A stretch of 63,720 bases of DNA, counting the filler, from Trichomonas gallinae (Eukaryota), in assembly GCA_008369845.1 (NCBI GenBank). It is 4 parts of 4 records of this genome, joined end to end, with 100 filler letters (N's around TTAATTAATTAA, not from the genome) between each part and the next. Parts side by side here need not be neighbours in the genome. Positions count along the whole stretch, not along the records: positions 34,235 to 63,720 come from MRSU01001113.1; 3 more parts are not named here. One strand, written 5' to 3'. The position numbers were made by a program, and so were the translations under genes. Shown piece after piece: positions 44,528 to 55,173 of the stretch; the first letter of the stretch is position 1, and the number at the start of each line of letters is the position of its first letter. A model generated the notes under the pieces. That model was not told the DNA's origin and did not search any database. It worked only from the letters and a program-made list of their open reading frames with translations.

Positions 44528-45895
44528 ATGATCCTGTCATTAGTGAGGCGCCACATACCTCCGACAGGAGATCTCGACGAAATTCCTCAAGAAGAAGTAG
44601 ATAATCTAAAATTCTCCAAAAATTTCTATTTTGGAACTGCAACATCTGCATATCAGATCGAAAATACAAAAGAGGACTCGAACTGGTCAAGATTTACTTC
44701 TCTTTATACAAAAGAAGGCCGTCCACGCGCACCAGATCATCAAAATGGCTGTGCGAGCATCGAAAACTTCGACAAAGACCTCGAAATCATGAAGAATTCC
44801 AAAATGAACTCATACAGGTTCGGATTATCCTGGAGTGAGCTAGAGCCACGCAGAAGAGATTTTAATGATAAATATATGCAGCACTACATCGATCAATGCG
44901 ATAAGCTTCGAGCTGCTGGTATCGAACCAATGGTTACTTTATTCCATTTTGAGTATCCTGGATGGATTGAAGATGAAAAAGGATTATTATCACCGAATTT
45001 CCAACAATACTTCATGGAGTTTGTTGAATACACAGTCAAGAAACTCGTAGGACACTGCAAATACTTCTTCACAATCAACGAACCAATGACAGTCAGCTTG
45101 ATGGGATTTTTGGGAGGTGTTTTTCCGCCAGGATACAAGATGAAGTTCAGAAAGTCATTTTTGGCTGTCTCAAAGATGCTTATCTGTCATTTAAACGCTT
45201 ACAAGTTAATTCATCAGATTATCGAAGACGCACAAGTTTCTATTGTGAACCAACTTATTCTTTGCTATCCAAAGCACAAGTGGTCGCTCATAGAAAACTT
45301 ACTTTCATCAGCAGTTAATTCGTTCTTAAATCGTCCTTACATGGAAGCATTTTCTACTGGCATGCTCCAGTTCCGTCCACTTGGCATACGCCTTTTCCGT
45401 CAAGAAATTGTCGGACTTCAAGAATCGCTCGATTTTATTTCAGTCAATCACTACACATCTGTCTATGCGACAATTGATCCACGCGATTGGACCGAGTTTC
45501 CATTATGCAACAGGTGCCCGAACACAAGTGTTCCACTTTCCGATTTTCAATGGTCACTTATTCCATCTACACTCGCAACAACTGTGAGATGGGTTGATAG
45601 GGAGTGGAATCCTCGCCACTTGAAGATTTTCGTGACAGAACACGGCATCAGCGACAAAGATGATAATTTGAGAGAATGGTTCGTCACACAAAGCTTATGC
45701 CACCTTAAGCGTGCCATTGACTACGGAATACCTGTGATGGGATACCTTTATTGGTCTCTCCTCGACAATTACGAATGGGCTGATGGATATGAGCAGCATT
45801 TCGGATATGTAAAAGTCGATCGAGCCACGCAAGAGAGAACACCACAAAAAAGTCTTGAAGGATACAAGAAAATTATAGAGAGATCAAATTTGTAA
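44528..45895 (+). CDS. Glycoside hydrolase family 1 (beta-glucosidase)
   Basis: FGTATSAYQIE, YRFGLSWS, TINEP, VTEHG, WSLLDNYEW; start 44528 or 44474. Confidence 0.93.
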   Translation: MILSLVRRHIPPTGDLDEIPQEEVDNLKFSKNFYFGTATSAYQIENTKEDSNWSRFTSLYTKEGRPRAPDHQNGCASIENFDKDLEIMKNSKMNSYRFGLSWSELEPRRRDFNDKYMQHYIDQCDKLRAAGIEPMVTLFHFEYPGWIEDEKGLLSPNFQQYFMEFVEYTVKKLVGHCKYFFTINEPMTVSLMGFLGGVFPPGYKMKFRKSFLAVSKMLICHLNAYKLIHQIIEDAQVSIVNQLILCYPKHKWSLIENLLSSAVNSFLNRPYMEAFSTGMLQFRPLGIRLFRQEIVGLQESLDFISVNHYTSVYATIDPRDWTEFPLCNRCPNTSVPLSDFQWSLIPSTLATTVRWVDREWNPRHLKIFVTEHGISDKDDNLREWFVTQSLCHLKRAIDYGIPVMGYLYWSLLDNYEWADGYEQHFGYVKVDRATQERTPQKSLEGYKKIIERSNL

Positions 45896-46552
45896 ATTTA
45901 TATTTCTATTCCCAATTTCTAATTTTTCATTCATTTTATACTAATTCACTTATCTATTCTTTGTATTTATCATGTACTAAAATTTTTGATATTTGTCATT
46001 TTGACACTTTACATATTAAGGTTATATTATCTAACAATTAAAAACATCACATGATATTAGCTCATATAAAATAATTATAGTTTAGATTTTTGACATATTA
46101 GATTTAAAATTGAATATATTTGACATGTAATTAAATTATCCAAGATCATCACGAAAAACTGTTCAAAAGAACTGTATCATTTTATAGTCACATATTATAA
46201 GGTTATCAGCAATTAAGATTCGTTGTTATCTGCAAATCCATCGTTTTCGTTCAAAAATACAATGACAGATTTTTTAAAACCGGATATTTTAACTTATAAC
46301 TAGAAGTATAATAAATAATCCGTTGGATTGTTTTATTGAAAATTTATATCATTTTTTATTGAATATTTCACATCTATACACAATGTAAAGCATTTTTATA
46401 GAAGTATCTCCCACATTCAAATTTTTCGAATAAGGTTATGAAATTTCCCATTATTTCCTATATATAATTATTATTATATTTTATGATAGATTAAAAATTG
46501 AGAGAGTAAACAAAAAAGTTTTTTTGAGAGACATAAGATTATTCTTGAAACA

Positions 46553-47146
46553 ATGGCTTATAAGGTCGTTGACGTCAGTGTTTGGCAAGGAAAAATAGAC
46601 TTTAACGCTGCCAAGACATACAGTGGAATCCGCGGTGTCATGATTCGCTCAGGATTTGGTTCAAAAGCTGGACAAGAAGATAAACAATTCATAAATCACT
46701 TGCGTGAGGCCATTGCTGCTAACATAGCAGTTGGTATTTATCACTACGGTTACGCCAGAACAGAAGCACAGGCTATTGCCGAAGCCGATTTTTGCCATAA
46801 CATTATTAATCCATACAAGGGCTATATCAGCATGCCAGTTGCTTATGATGTCGAAGATGCTACAATGAACGTAGGGAGAGCACAAGTTGCAAGGAACGCG
46901 ATTGCTTTTTGCAACAGAATGAGAGCTTACGGATACAAACCAATGATTTACTGCAATAAGAACTGGGCTACAAACTATATTGATATGTCACAAATAAACA
47001 ATGCTGGAATTGATGTATGGATTGCGCAATATAATTCTGTGTGTACGTATACTGGGCCTTACGTTATGTGGCAGTTCACTAACAGTCTGCGGATTAGTGG
47101 GTATTCGTCCGGAGTTGATGGGTCTTACGCATACAAATACTTCTAA
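46553..47146 (+). CDS. Glycoside hydrolase family 25 lysozyme (muramidase)
   Basis: VDVSVWQG, GIYHY, AIAEAD, PVAYDVE, WIAQY, MWQFT, VDG. Confidence 0.93.
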   Translation: MAYKVVDVSVWQGKIDFNAAKTYSGIRGVMIRSGFGSKAGQEDKQFINHLREAIAANIAVGIYHYGYARTEAQAIAEADFCHNIINPYKGYISMPVAYDVEDATMNVGRAQVARNAIAFCNRMRAYGYKPMIYCNKNWATNYIDMSQINNAGIDVWIAQYNSVCTYTGPYVMWQFTNSLRISGYSSGVDGSYAYKYF

Positions 47147-47693
47147 TTTTTTTTTGATTTTTTAACATCTTGGTTTTACCAGTACCAGGACATCAGAGTA
47201 AACAGTTACATATATTATATTCCATGATTTTGCTTTAAATTTTATATTTCAGAATTGTTATAGCAAGATAACACACATAACATATATATTTTTAATGGCA
47301 TCATTACAAAATATTCTTTGGTGAATGTCAGAATGTTCAAATTTTCAATTTTTTTTTTTCATAATATAAAATTTCAAACCTATGGTTTTAATTGTTGTAT
47401 ATCAAATATGTAGACAAAATAAAGTTTATTGGTGAGTGCCAAAATGAACATATTTTATATTTTTATATCAGGATTCAATTTTTGAAGATACAGTTCAGAG
47501 AGAATATATTTTTAATATACTCATTATGACTAGTTAATTGGTGAATACATAAAGTATCGTTGTTCATTTTTGTATTTCAAAATTTTATTTTTAAAGATAT
47601 AGTTCAGAGCGAATGTAGTTTTAATGGCTATACTATGAGTAAATCATCGGTGAATGCCAAAAAGCTCATTTTCGGAAAAAGAATTTTCATTAC

Positions 47694-48506
47694 ATGTCCG
47701 AAACGAAAGAGGTTAAATCTCCTGAAAGACAAAAATACACAAATCCGAGGTTTTCACAGACATATACGTATAGACCAAGAAAGATTATCAAGAAAAAGAA
47801 ACAAAAATATCCGGAATTTAAAGATTTAACATCGAGAACGATTGAACAGCAAGATTTAATAGACGAAATCAACTATTTACAGGATGATATATACAGTATG
47901 TATGAGTATTTCGATGAAATGAAAAATGAAGAATTCGAGGATTTTGAAAAAATGCATGAATTCAACGAAAAGTACTATCCTAGTAAAAACAACGATGACA
48001 AAGGCGAAATAGACTACTTTTCAAAGCTTCAAGTCTTAGAAGACGAAAATTACGAATTGCGGCAACAAATTTTGTTTTTTACTTCATATTTTTCGGAAAA
48101 GAACGTAAAAAAGTATGAAGAAGAAATACTTAAAGCTCAAAAAGAAATCGAAAATTTGAATGATTCGTTAATTAACGATAATCTTGCTTCAGAGCTACAA
48201 TCAACCAGTTGCTCAATGTCTCTGACAATGAAAAGAGAGTTATATTCCGAAATAATGGAAAATGAGTATGAAACTAACAAAATTAAACTCGATGAACTTA
48301 AAACAGAAAATAGCCAGTTAAAAGACATCAGAACTGAACTAATAACGCAAACAAGCACTACTGTAGAAAACAGAAAAACATTGGCTAAGTTAACAGAAGA
48401 ATTAAAACTACTTCAAAGTCAAAGAAAGAAATTGCAGGATAAAGTTGAAAGATTCCACAGATTCGGTGTCAAGTATTGCGAAATTCGGAATTCTTCAAAA
48501 AAATAA
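47694..48506 (+). CDS. Coiled-coil hypothetical protein
   Basis: Charged heptad-rich 270-aa ORF. Confidence 0.7.
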   Translation: MSETKEVKSPERQKYTNPRFSQTYTYRPRKIIKKKKQKYPEFKDLTSRTIEQQDLIDEINYLQDDIYSMYEYFDEMKNEEFEDFEKMHEFNEKYYPSKNNDDKGEIDYFSKLQVLEDENYELRQQILFFTSYFSEKNVKKYEEEILKAQKEIENLNDSLINDNLASELQSTSCSMSLTMKRELYSEIMENEYETNKIKLDELKTENSQLKDIRTELITQTSTTVENRKTLAKLTEELKLLQSQRKKLQDKVERFHRFGVKYCEIRNSSKK

Positions 48507-48754
48507 CAAAATAATATTTTCATTTTTTTATATGGAAATAATAATCCATATATTCATAAAATTTGTTTGTAATTTGCGTAGAAAATGCTATTTTTAACTA
48601 GTGAAAGCTTATTTCTAAGAAAATTGATATAAAATTTGCTTAAAAACAAGTAATGAGACAAAAACTTGTTAGAAATCTATGTGAAATATATAAATAAGAA
48701 TATTAGTGGTTTGTTTGGAAAGAAATAAATTTTATTGAAACAAAATATACAAAA

Positions 48755-49936
48755 TTACCAGAATTTGAGGGATTTGATGGATAATCTCTTAGCAGGAACG
48801 AGAGTCTCATCGATTTGGTTGAATGCTTCCAAATCTCTCTTGCGGAGAATTTCTTTGGTGTTTTCCAGCTTCAATAATTCCTGGATGAATTGCTCACCAA
48901 AGACATCATATGGCTTGAGCCAGTCTAAGTAAGGCCAGATATATTCTGGAACTAAACTCAAATGCCTTGTGCTAATAATCGTGTAAAATAGTGTATTCAT
49001 CCATTTTTGGAACATTTCACGGACCCATTCCGCTGTTTCTGTCTTTGTCCAGTTCAATTTCATCTGTTCGAGCAACTCATTCATCCATTTAAGTTCGACA
49101 GATGTTGGACGGCAAATTTTGAGAATGTCACCGCCAGTAATAGCAGCTGGAATCTTGCGGCAGTCGATAAGTAAATCATAGTTGACAATCTTCTGGTCCA
49201 TAAACAATTCACTGCACGTTCCCATAATTTTCGAATGTGATTTCGAATGGTTGAGAACTTCAGTGAATTGAAGAGGAACGTAAGGAGCGAATGCGTAATC
49301 AGTGCCGAAGAACTTATATGGATAATCTTCGTTGTAAATATATCCTGGAAGTAATGAACCGATTGCAGTGACCATTTTTGACACAAGTTCAGAGTTATCG
49401 GCAAAAATGAGGATTCTGTGGCCCAATACGAGTGCTTTGATGGCTGTAAGAACTTCTGTTTGAAGATTTTGGAATAATGATGGATACGAGATACCTGAGA
49501 ATCTCACTGGCGATGTGACAACTTGCTGTAACTCATTCCACATCTTTTCTAGCGATGGAACTAAGTTATCGAAGTTATCAAAAAGAAGCTGCTTAAGCTT
49601 GGCTTCCAATTCACCAAACAGTGGAATCTTAGAAATGACAAGCAATGAGCGCTGAACGTGGCCTCTAACGTAAGCAGGATCCTGAGTCTTTAATTGGTTT
49701 GTTTCAAAAGAGCGATATGCAGCAATTCCGTATGATTGGCCTGTAGGATGCTCTGGATTTGGCAGAGTAAAATGTATGAAAGAGGAACAAGCGCCGTGTG
49801 CTTTATCTGGAATTCCGATAAAAGGGAGTCCTTGGTTCCAAGACTTGATATACTCTTTGTTGGGGAGTGGTGGATATATTCCATCGACCTGATTACCGAT
49901 TCTATGCTCAAATGAAAGTGCAACTAAATGCTCCAT
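48755..49936 (-). CDS. AVL9-like DENN-family trafficking protein
   Basis: FEHRIGNQV..IYPP, LPFIGIPDKAH, YGIAAYR, RGHVQRSL, PLFG. Confidence 0.82.
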   Translation of the reverse strand: MEHLVALSFEHRIGNQVDGIYPPLPNKEYIKSWNQGLPFIGIPDKAHGACSSFIHFTLPNPEHPTGQSYGIAAYRSFETNQLKTQDPAYVRGHVQRSLLVISKIPLFGELEAKLKQLLFDNFDNLVPSLEKMWNELQQVVTSPVRFSGISYPSLFQNLQTEVLTAIKALVLGHRILIFADNSELVSKMVTAIGSLLPGYIYNEDYPYKFFGTDYAFAPYVPLQFTEVLNHSKSHSKIMGTCSELFMDQKIVNYDLLIDCRKIPAAITGGDILKICRPTSVELKWMNELLEQMKLNWTKTETAEWVREMFQKWMNTLFYTIISTRHLSLVPEYIWPYLDWLKPYDVFGEQFIQELLKLENTKEILRKRDLEAFNQIDETLVPAKRLSIKSLKFW

Positions 49937-50189
49937 TTTTATCTAAATTTTAAAAACGTGACAAAATTTTATCGGCAATTCAGTGAAAATTTTCTTTCGA
50001 CGATCGACACATATTCTACTTTTGTAGACTAAACTACAGCAAAATATCAAAAAATTCCAATAAATTGATGTAAAATTTGATATTTGACAAGTAAATAATA
50101 TTTATATGTCATAATTCTATCAATTATTTTGTACAAAAATTAAATTTGACAAGTAAATATGCTTTATATGTCAAATTTTTATTTATTTT

Positions 50190-50240
50190 TTTATGAATCA
50201 ATCTAGTTAAGGGCTTCCCTTGACTAGATTGATTCATAAA
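50190..50240. repeat. Near-perfect 24-bp inverted repeat with 3-nt loop
   Basis: tttatgaatcaatctagttaaggg-ctt-cccttgactagattgattcataaa; one mismatch (U-G wobble on + strand). Confidence 0.95.
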
Positions 50241-50305
50241 TAATTATATATTACGTAGCTGACTAATAAACGCATGATACTATCAACATAGGTCCGAATA
50301 CTCAC

Positions 50306-51319
50306 GTGCTTCAAAAAAATATCAAAATTATATTGCATAGTTCGCTCGATGTTTGGCAGCGATTTTATGGTCGTTCTGAGCCACAAGTTATTTCTGACAG
50401 CACAAAGAGAGAGTTTAGTTCAGGTCAATATTTAATTGATAATGTTCTCTATAATAATGTCGGAAATGAAGGTGTGATTCGAATTACTTGGGCATCAGAT
50501 GATTCCAAATTCCTAGTTTCTGAATGCACATTTATTAATCCTGTTCATCTCACGGAATGGGGAGCTGCAATATACATGTTTTATTCTCAAAATGCTGCAT
50601 TTGTTCAATACAGATCTTGCAGTATAGGAGCACAAACTAATATTGACGAAAGTAACGACGCGAGAGGAATTCATTCATATATTTATACAGAAAATATTGA
50701 TTATATCATTGAATCATCAATTTCGAACTCTCGTGGATATGAAGATACTTTTCATATGATACATGGCACAAATGGCGTTAGTAATGTTAACGTTTCTTCA
50801 ACATACTCCCAAAAGTACTCTGGATACAGCATTAAATTTTCATCAGCTAAATCGTATGTCAATTTTTCCACCGTTTATAATACAACAGCCACAAATGGAC
50901 CTTGTGTTATATATAATAGTAACGTTTACGATATACATCATTGCAACTATTTTGCAAACAACTGCAAAAGTGTCATTCTATTGGTTTCAAGGCCAAGCAC
51001 AATATATTTATGCTCCTTTGAAACCAATAAATGCGAATCCATGTTTGATGCCAATGCTGATGATTTGACTGTTGATAGATGTTACATAAGTTATTCTAAT
51101 ATTTATTCAAAAATTTACGAAAAAAATGTTTTAATTACACGTCCAATGTTTGTGATTCAATGCCAAAAACATTTTTCTAATGAGCATTGCTATGCCATTA
51201 TCAACGAATTATGCAGTAATGCTAAGGATGAAAAGTGCATTGTTTCAATTCATTACCATTGCTTCATGGCAAAATCTATTCAGCATTTATCTAATGTAAT
51301 TCTTATAAGATCCAAATAA
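50306..51319 (+). CDS. Beta-solenoid family member D; GTG at expected start, no upstream in-frame AUG
   Basis: Frame open 50270-51319; HSSLDVWQRFY, SYVNFST, HFSNEHC; first Met is codon 91 from GTG. Confidence 0.6.
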   Translation: MLQKNIKIILHSSLDVWQRFYGRSEPQVISDSTKREFSSGQYLIDNVLYNNVGNEGVIRITWASDDSKFLVSECTFINPVHLTEWGAAIYMFYSQNAAFVQYRSCSIGAQTNIDESNDARGIHSYIYTENIDYIIESSISNSRGYEDTFHMIHGTNGVSNVNVSSTYSQKYSGYSIKFSSAKSYVNFSTVYNTTATNGPCVIYNSNVYDIHHCNYFANNCKSVILLVSRPSTIYLCSFETNKCESMFDANADDLTVDRCYISYSNIYSKIYEKNVLITRPMFVIQCQKHFSNEHCYAIINELCSNAKDEKCIVSIHYHCFMAKSIQHLSNVILIRSK

Positions 51320-51423
51320 CTTTAATTTAAAAGTGACATTAAGGTTATACAAAAAGTGACAATATAAAAATTTTATGCAGAACACCTCATTTTTCTTTGA
51401 TTGCAATAAAAACGTGTAAATGA

Positions 51424-52440
51424 TATTTCAAAATTGCTAACAAAATCTGCTACAATATTTGGTTCAACATTGCAATACATAGTTCGCTCGATGTCTGGAA
51501 TTGGATTTATCCAGATTCCAATTCACCAACAAAAATTATTAATAACTCTACAAGAACATTAAATGAAGGTAATTATTTCATTGATAGTGTATTTTTCAAA
51601 GATGTTGGAAATGAAGGCGTTATTCGCACTGAAGGTGCATCAGAAACATCCAAATATTTAGTTTCAGAATGCACATTCATCAATCCCACGCATCTAACAG
51701 ACTCTGGAGGTGCTATTTATGTCTATAATAATTGTGGCGCGTATTTTGTTGAATATCGAATCTGCAGCATCGCAGCTCAAATTAAAATGGAGTATGATAA
51801 TAATCGTCAAGGAATCCATTCATATATTTATGCATGGAAAAAAGATTGGACAATTGAATCATCCATATCGAATGCCCAAGGACATGTTGCTGCTCTCATG
51901 AAATATCAATGCGCTAATGTTATTAGTAACGTTAATATTTCTTCAACTAAAACTTATGGTTATTGTGCTTATACTCTTGCTTTTTCAGATAAACTCTCTT
52001 ATGTCAATTATTCAACACTTTCCAATAATTCGAACACAGGAGATAGCTGTGCAAATCATAATAGCAATAAACATGATATTAATCACTGCAACTTTATTAA
52101 AAACGAATGTGAAAAAATACTCGAGACGACTACAAATCCAACCATTGTTAGTTTTTGCATGTTTGATGCCAACAAATGCAGCTACTTGTTTGCAGCCAAT
52201 TACGAAGAATTGGCTGTTGATAACTGTTACATAAGCCAGTCCAATTCTTTTGAAGATATTTACTCAGGAAATGTTATCATGAAAAATCTAACACACATAA
52301 TTAATTGTCTTACACACTTTTCCAATAACTATTGTCGTGACAAAGTCTATAATTTATGCATCAATCCTATAACTGATATGATTCCAATTCAATACGAGCT
52401 TCTTATGATGGTATTTCAGTTTTTTTCTGCCAACTTTTGA
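51424..52440 (+). CDS. Beta-solenoid family member B, tandem paralog of D; AUG out of frame
   Basis: Frame open from 51424, 121 codons before the Met at 51787: HSSLDVWNWIY...VGNEGVIR...SKYLVSECTFINP matches D. Confidence 0.6.
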   Translation, partial: YFKIANKICYNIWFNIAIHSSLDVWNWIYPDSNSPTKIINNSTRTLNEGNYFIDSVFFKDVGNEGVIRTEGASETSKYLVSECTFINPTHLTDSGGAIYVYNNCGAYFVEYRICSIAAQIKMEYDNNRQGIHSYIYAWKKDWTIESSISNAQGHVAALMKYQCANVISNVNISSTKTYGYCAYTLAFSDKLSYVNYSTLSNNSNTGDSCANHNSNKHDINHCNFIKNECEKILETTTNPTIVSFCMFDANKCSYLFAANYEELAVDNCYISQSNSFEDIYSGNVIMKNLTHIINCLTHFSNNYCRDKVYNLCINPITDMIPIQYELLMMVFQFFSANF

Positions 52441-52697
52441 AAATCTAAATATATATTTTTATATGAAGTAAACAATAAATTATTGCATTTTATAAATCTA
52501 AATCTTTAGAATATAAAATTCAGATGAAAAGCATTTGTTGTCGAAATATTTGATTAATTTAGTTTTCTCAAGTATTTCAATTTAAAATATCATCAGAAAC
52601 TTTCTAATCTCATATGCTATATTATGGAGCAGTATTACATGCGAAAAACACAAAATATAATTTTGAAATTTTTATTTCAAACAAAATAAATGATTTC

Positions 52698-53477
52698 TTA
52701 AAGTAATGGCTCAACTTCAAGAAATTCGATTCCTGGCCATGCATATTCTGTTTCATATAGATAATTCGGAAGCAAACGCTCTTTCCATGTTGGTCCGAAA
52801 GTTTCCATAAGCAGATAAAATCCTCTCTTTAAGGAAAGCTTTGCTTTAGCTTTTGTATGACTGAATGTTTCGAATGAAGAATTCGCAAAGCTGCAACCGA
52901 AACCAAGTAAAAGAATGCCAAGAATTCCTCCATAAAGGCATCCTATCATAGAAATTATGTTAAATCCTGTTGATAATAAACTCCATAATGTTGAAAAGAA
53001 GACTCCAAAGCCAAATATTGATGCGTAGAAGAAGCTGAGAACAAATGATTTCATATTCCTATCTGCTATGCAGGCGCCAACGACACCGCAGTGATGGTCA
53101 TGTCTAAGACAGCAACATTCGCAAAAATCGCAATGATATGCTCGAGCTGGTACTGGTACTTGACATTTGGGGCATATTTTGAGATGTTGTAAGAAATATG
53201 GAATATCTCCTTGTTGAATATTTTTCAGGAGGCCATGTCTGGCCAAACTATCCTTGACACGACCAGGATCTGTAAAAGCTGTTGTGAACCAGCACCAACA
53301 GAACATTCCAAATGAGGAGAGGTTGAAAATTATCATTAAAATCGCGATTAATTTGGATACAGCTGCTTCAAAATATGATGGAAGAATGAAAGCCTGTCCA
53401 ATGAACAATACTGCCACAGCGAAAACCAAAACTAACGTATTTGGACAGCAAATAGCAATGCATTTCAGAGCTTTCAT
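52698..53477 (-). CDS. DHHC palmitoyltransferase
   Basis: TDPG, CPKC..PARAYHCDFC..C..RHDHHC..VGACI..RN; 4 TM. Confidence 0.93.
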   Translation of the reverse strand: MKALKCIAICCPNTLVLVFAVAVLFIGQAFILPSYFEAAVSKLIAILMIIFNLSSFGMFCWCWFTTAFTDPGRVKDSLARHGLLKNIQQGDIPYFLQHLKICPKCQVPVPARAYHCDFCECCCLRHDHHCGVVGACIADRNMKSFVLSFFYASIFGFGVFFSTLWSLLSTGFNIISMIGCLYGGILGILLLGFGCSFANSSFETFSHTKAKAKLSLKRGFYLLMETFGPTWKERLLPNYLYETEYAWPGIEFLEVEPLL

Positions 53478-55173
53478 TATTTGTCAGATTTGATTATTTT
53501 CCAAACTTTACATGCCATTTTTATAATTTTACAAGATATTTTCTATACTTTACATGTCATTTTAATGCTTTTACACGACGATTAAATAAACAATGTATTT
53601 AATTTTAAATAACATATTAACATAAGTAGTGGATTCAAATTATCTGTTTTACGTGTCAAATATAACTTCAAGCTTTATTAATTAAAACATATCTATATAT
53701 CATTAGTAAATATGAAATTAATAAAAATTGTGTGAAAAAATCGATGATTTTATCAAGACAAAAATTTTATTCGTTTCTAGTTCCACTTTTCTTTGATAAA
53801 TGGTTTTAGTATATTATGTTATAATAATATCAATGATAAAATGATGAATGTCAAAAAATTGAGAAGCATAGCCCAACAACTATCAAAACCCCCTCTTGCA
53901 AAAGTCTACCTTATTTAGGGTAATCTTTCTACGGAGGGGTAATACTGACAGGGATTATTGGGCTGCAAACGCTTTTGCCGCACTACAGTTGGCCTGTGAC
54001 AAAACCTTTATTTTTTATGTAATTTCTAAATTTCACTGGAATATATCGAATAACGACAATATGAGCCTTATACTTTTGTTAGTTAGTATGGATTTATACT
54101 CAAACTTAGTATTTCTTGTAATTATATTTATGATCTAGAAACAGCATTGACAGAATTTACTATAATTGTATTTTTTAACGCTTATTGGCACCAGCAAGCA
54201 TCTTGAAATATTAGTTCAGTTTGATTTGCATATTAATTTGAAAAGTAATTTCTACCAAAATGAAATGGAATTTCTAGAACCAGATGTATCAATACATACT
54301 CGATTTGGCTTTGAATTGCCTGATTTTACATTTTTGAATTCCTTGAAAAGATAATACATGGTTTAGGACACGTTCCATAACTGTTGTCATAATATTTACA
54401 ATTCTCCATGAGTGGGCTCTTTTTGAGGGAAAATTCATTATGAATTTATTTTATTGTTGCCTGGATGCGGTTTTTTGATAGGTTTCTGATTTAGCTTATA
54501 ATTCCTATGCCAATTTCTGTTACTTCGTGGTAAAAATATTAAATTTCGATCGATTCCTAACCCATTGCTACCGATCGGCTTGAAATCGATATATAATTAT
54601 ACACAACACTTTAAATATCAATATCAGCATTGATGGAAACAATGACAAAAATTCAATATTTCTTATATCCGATTATTTTTCATTCAATTTTCAATCTAAT
54701 TTAATATGAAAATGATTTGTTAATATATAGGAACAAAAATAAACAAATATTTCTTTCATACGATCATTTTCAATTCAATTCTGTATTGTTAATTAAGAAA
54801 CCAATTATATAATATATAGAAATACTACTAAATTTCAATGCTTTTTACATACAATTGTTTATTGATTTCAATTTTCAATGACATTTGAAATGAAAATTTT
54901 TTAAAAATTCATATAAACAAAAATATAGAAAGATCATTATTATTTGACACGCCCGTAAATAAATCGAAAAATAATTTTTAAGTCATAATTATATAGTATT
55001 ATAAGATTATGATATCCAAAATATTTTATGCTATAAAATGATCACAAATTTTAACCTTATTAACCTTATTCATTGTTTCGAGGTGGATAGGAATCAACAA
55101 AGGAAACAATGAATGGACGCAGTGTCAAAACGCGATTTTACATTTTTTCAACTCTTACAATTCATAAAAATAA

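Noticed and set aside
44528..44560. Hydrogenosomal presequence on GH1 (MILSLVRR)
   Set aside because: Only loosely matches the ML(S/T/A)...R-X pattern, and the start codon is ambiguous.
44528..47146. Bacterial contamination of the assembly
   Set aside because: Genes are contiguous with eukaryotic neighbours, share the same AT-rich spacers and show no operon structure.
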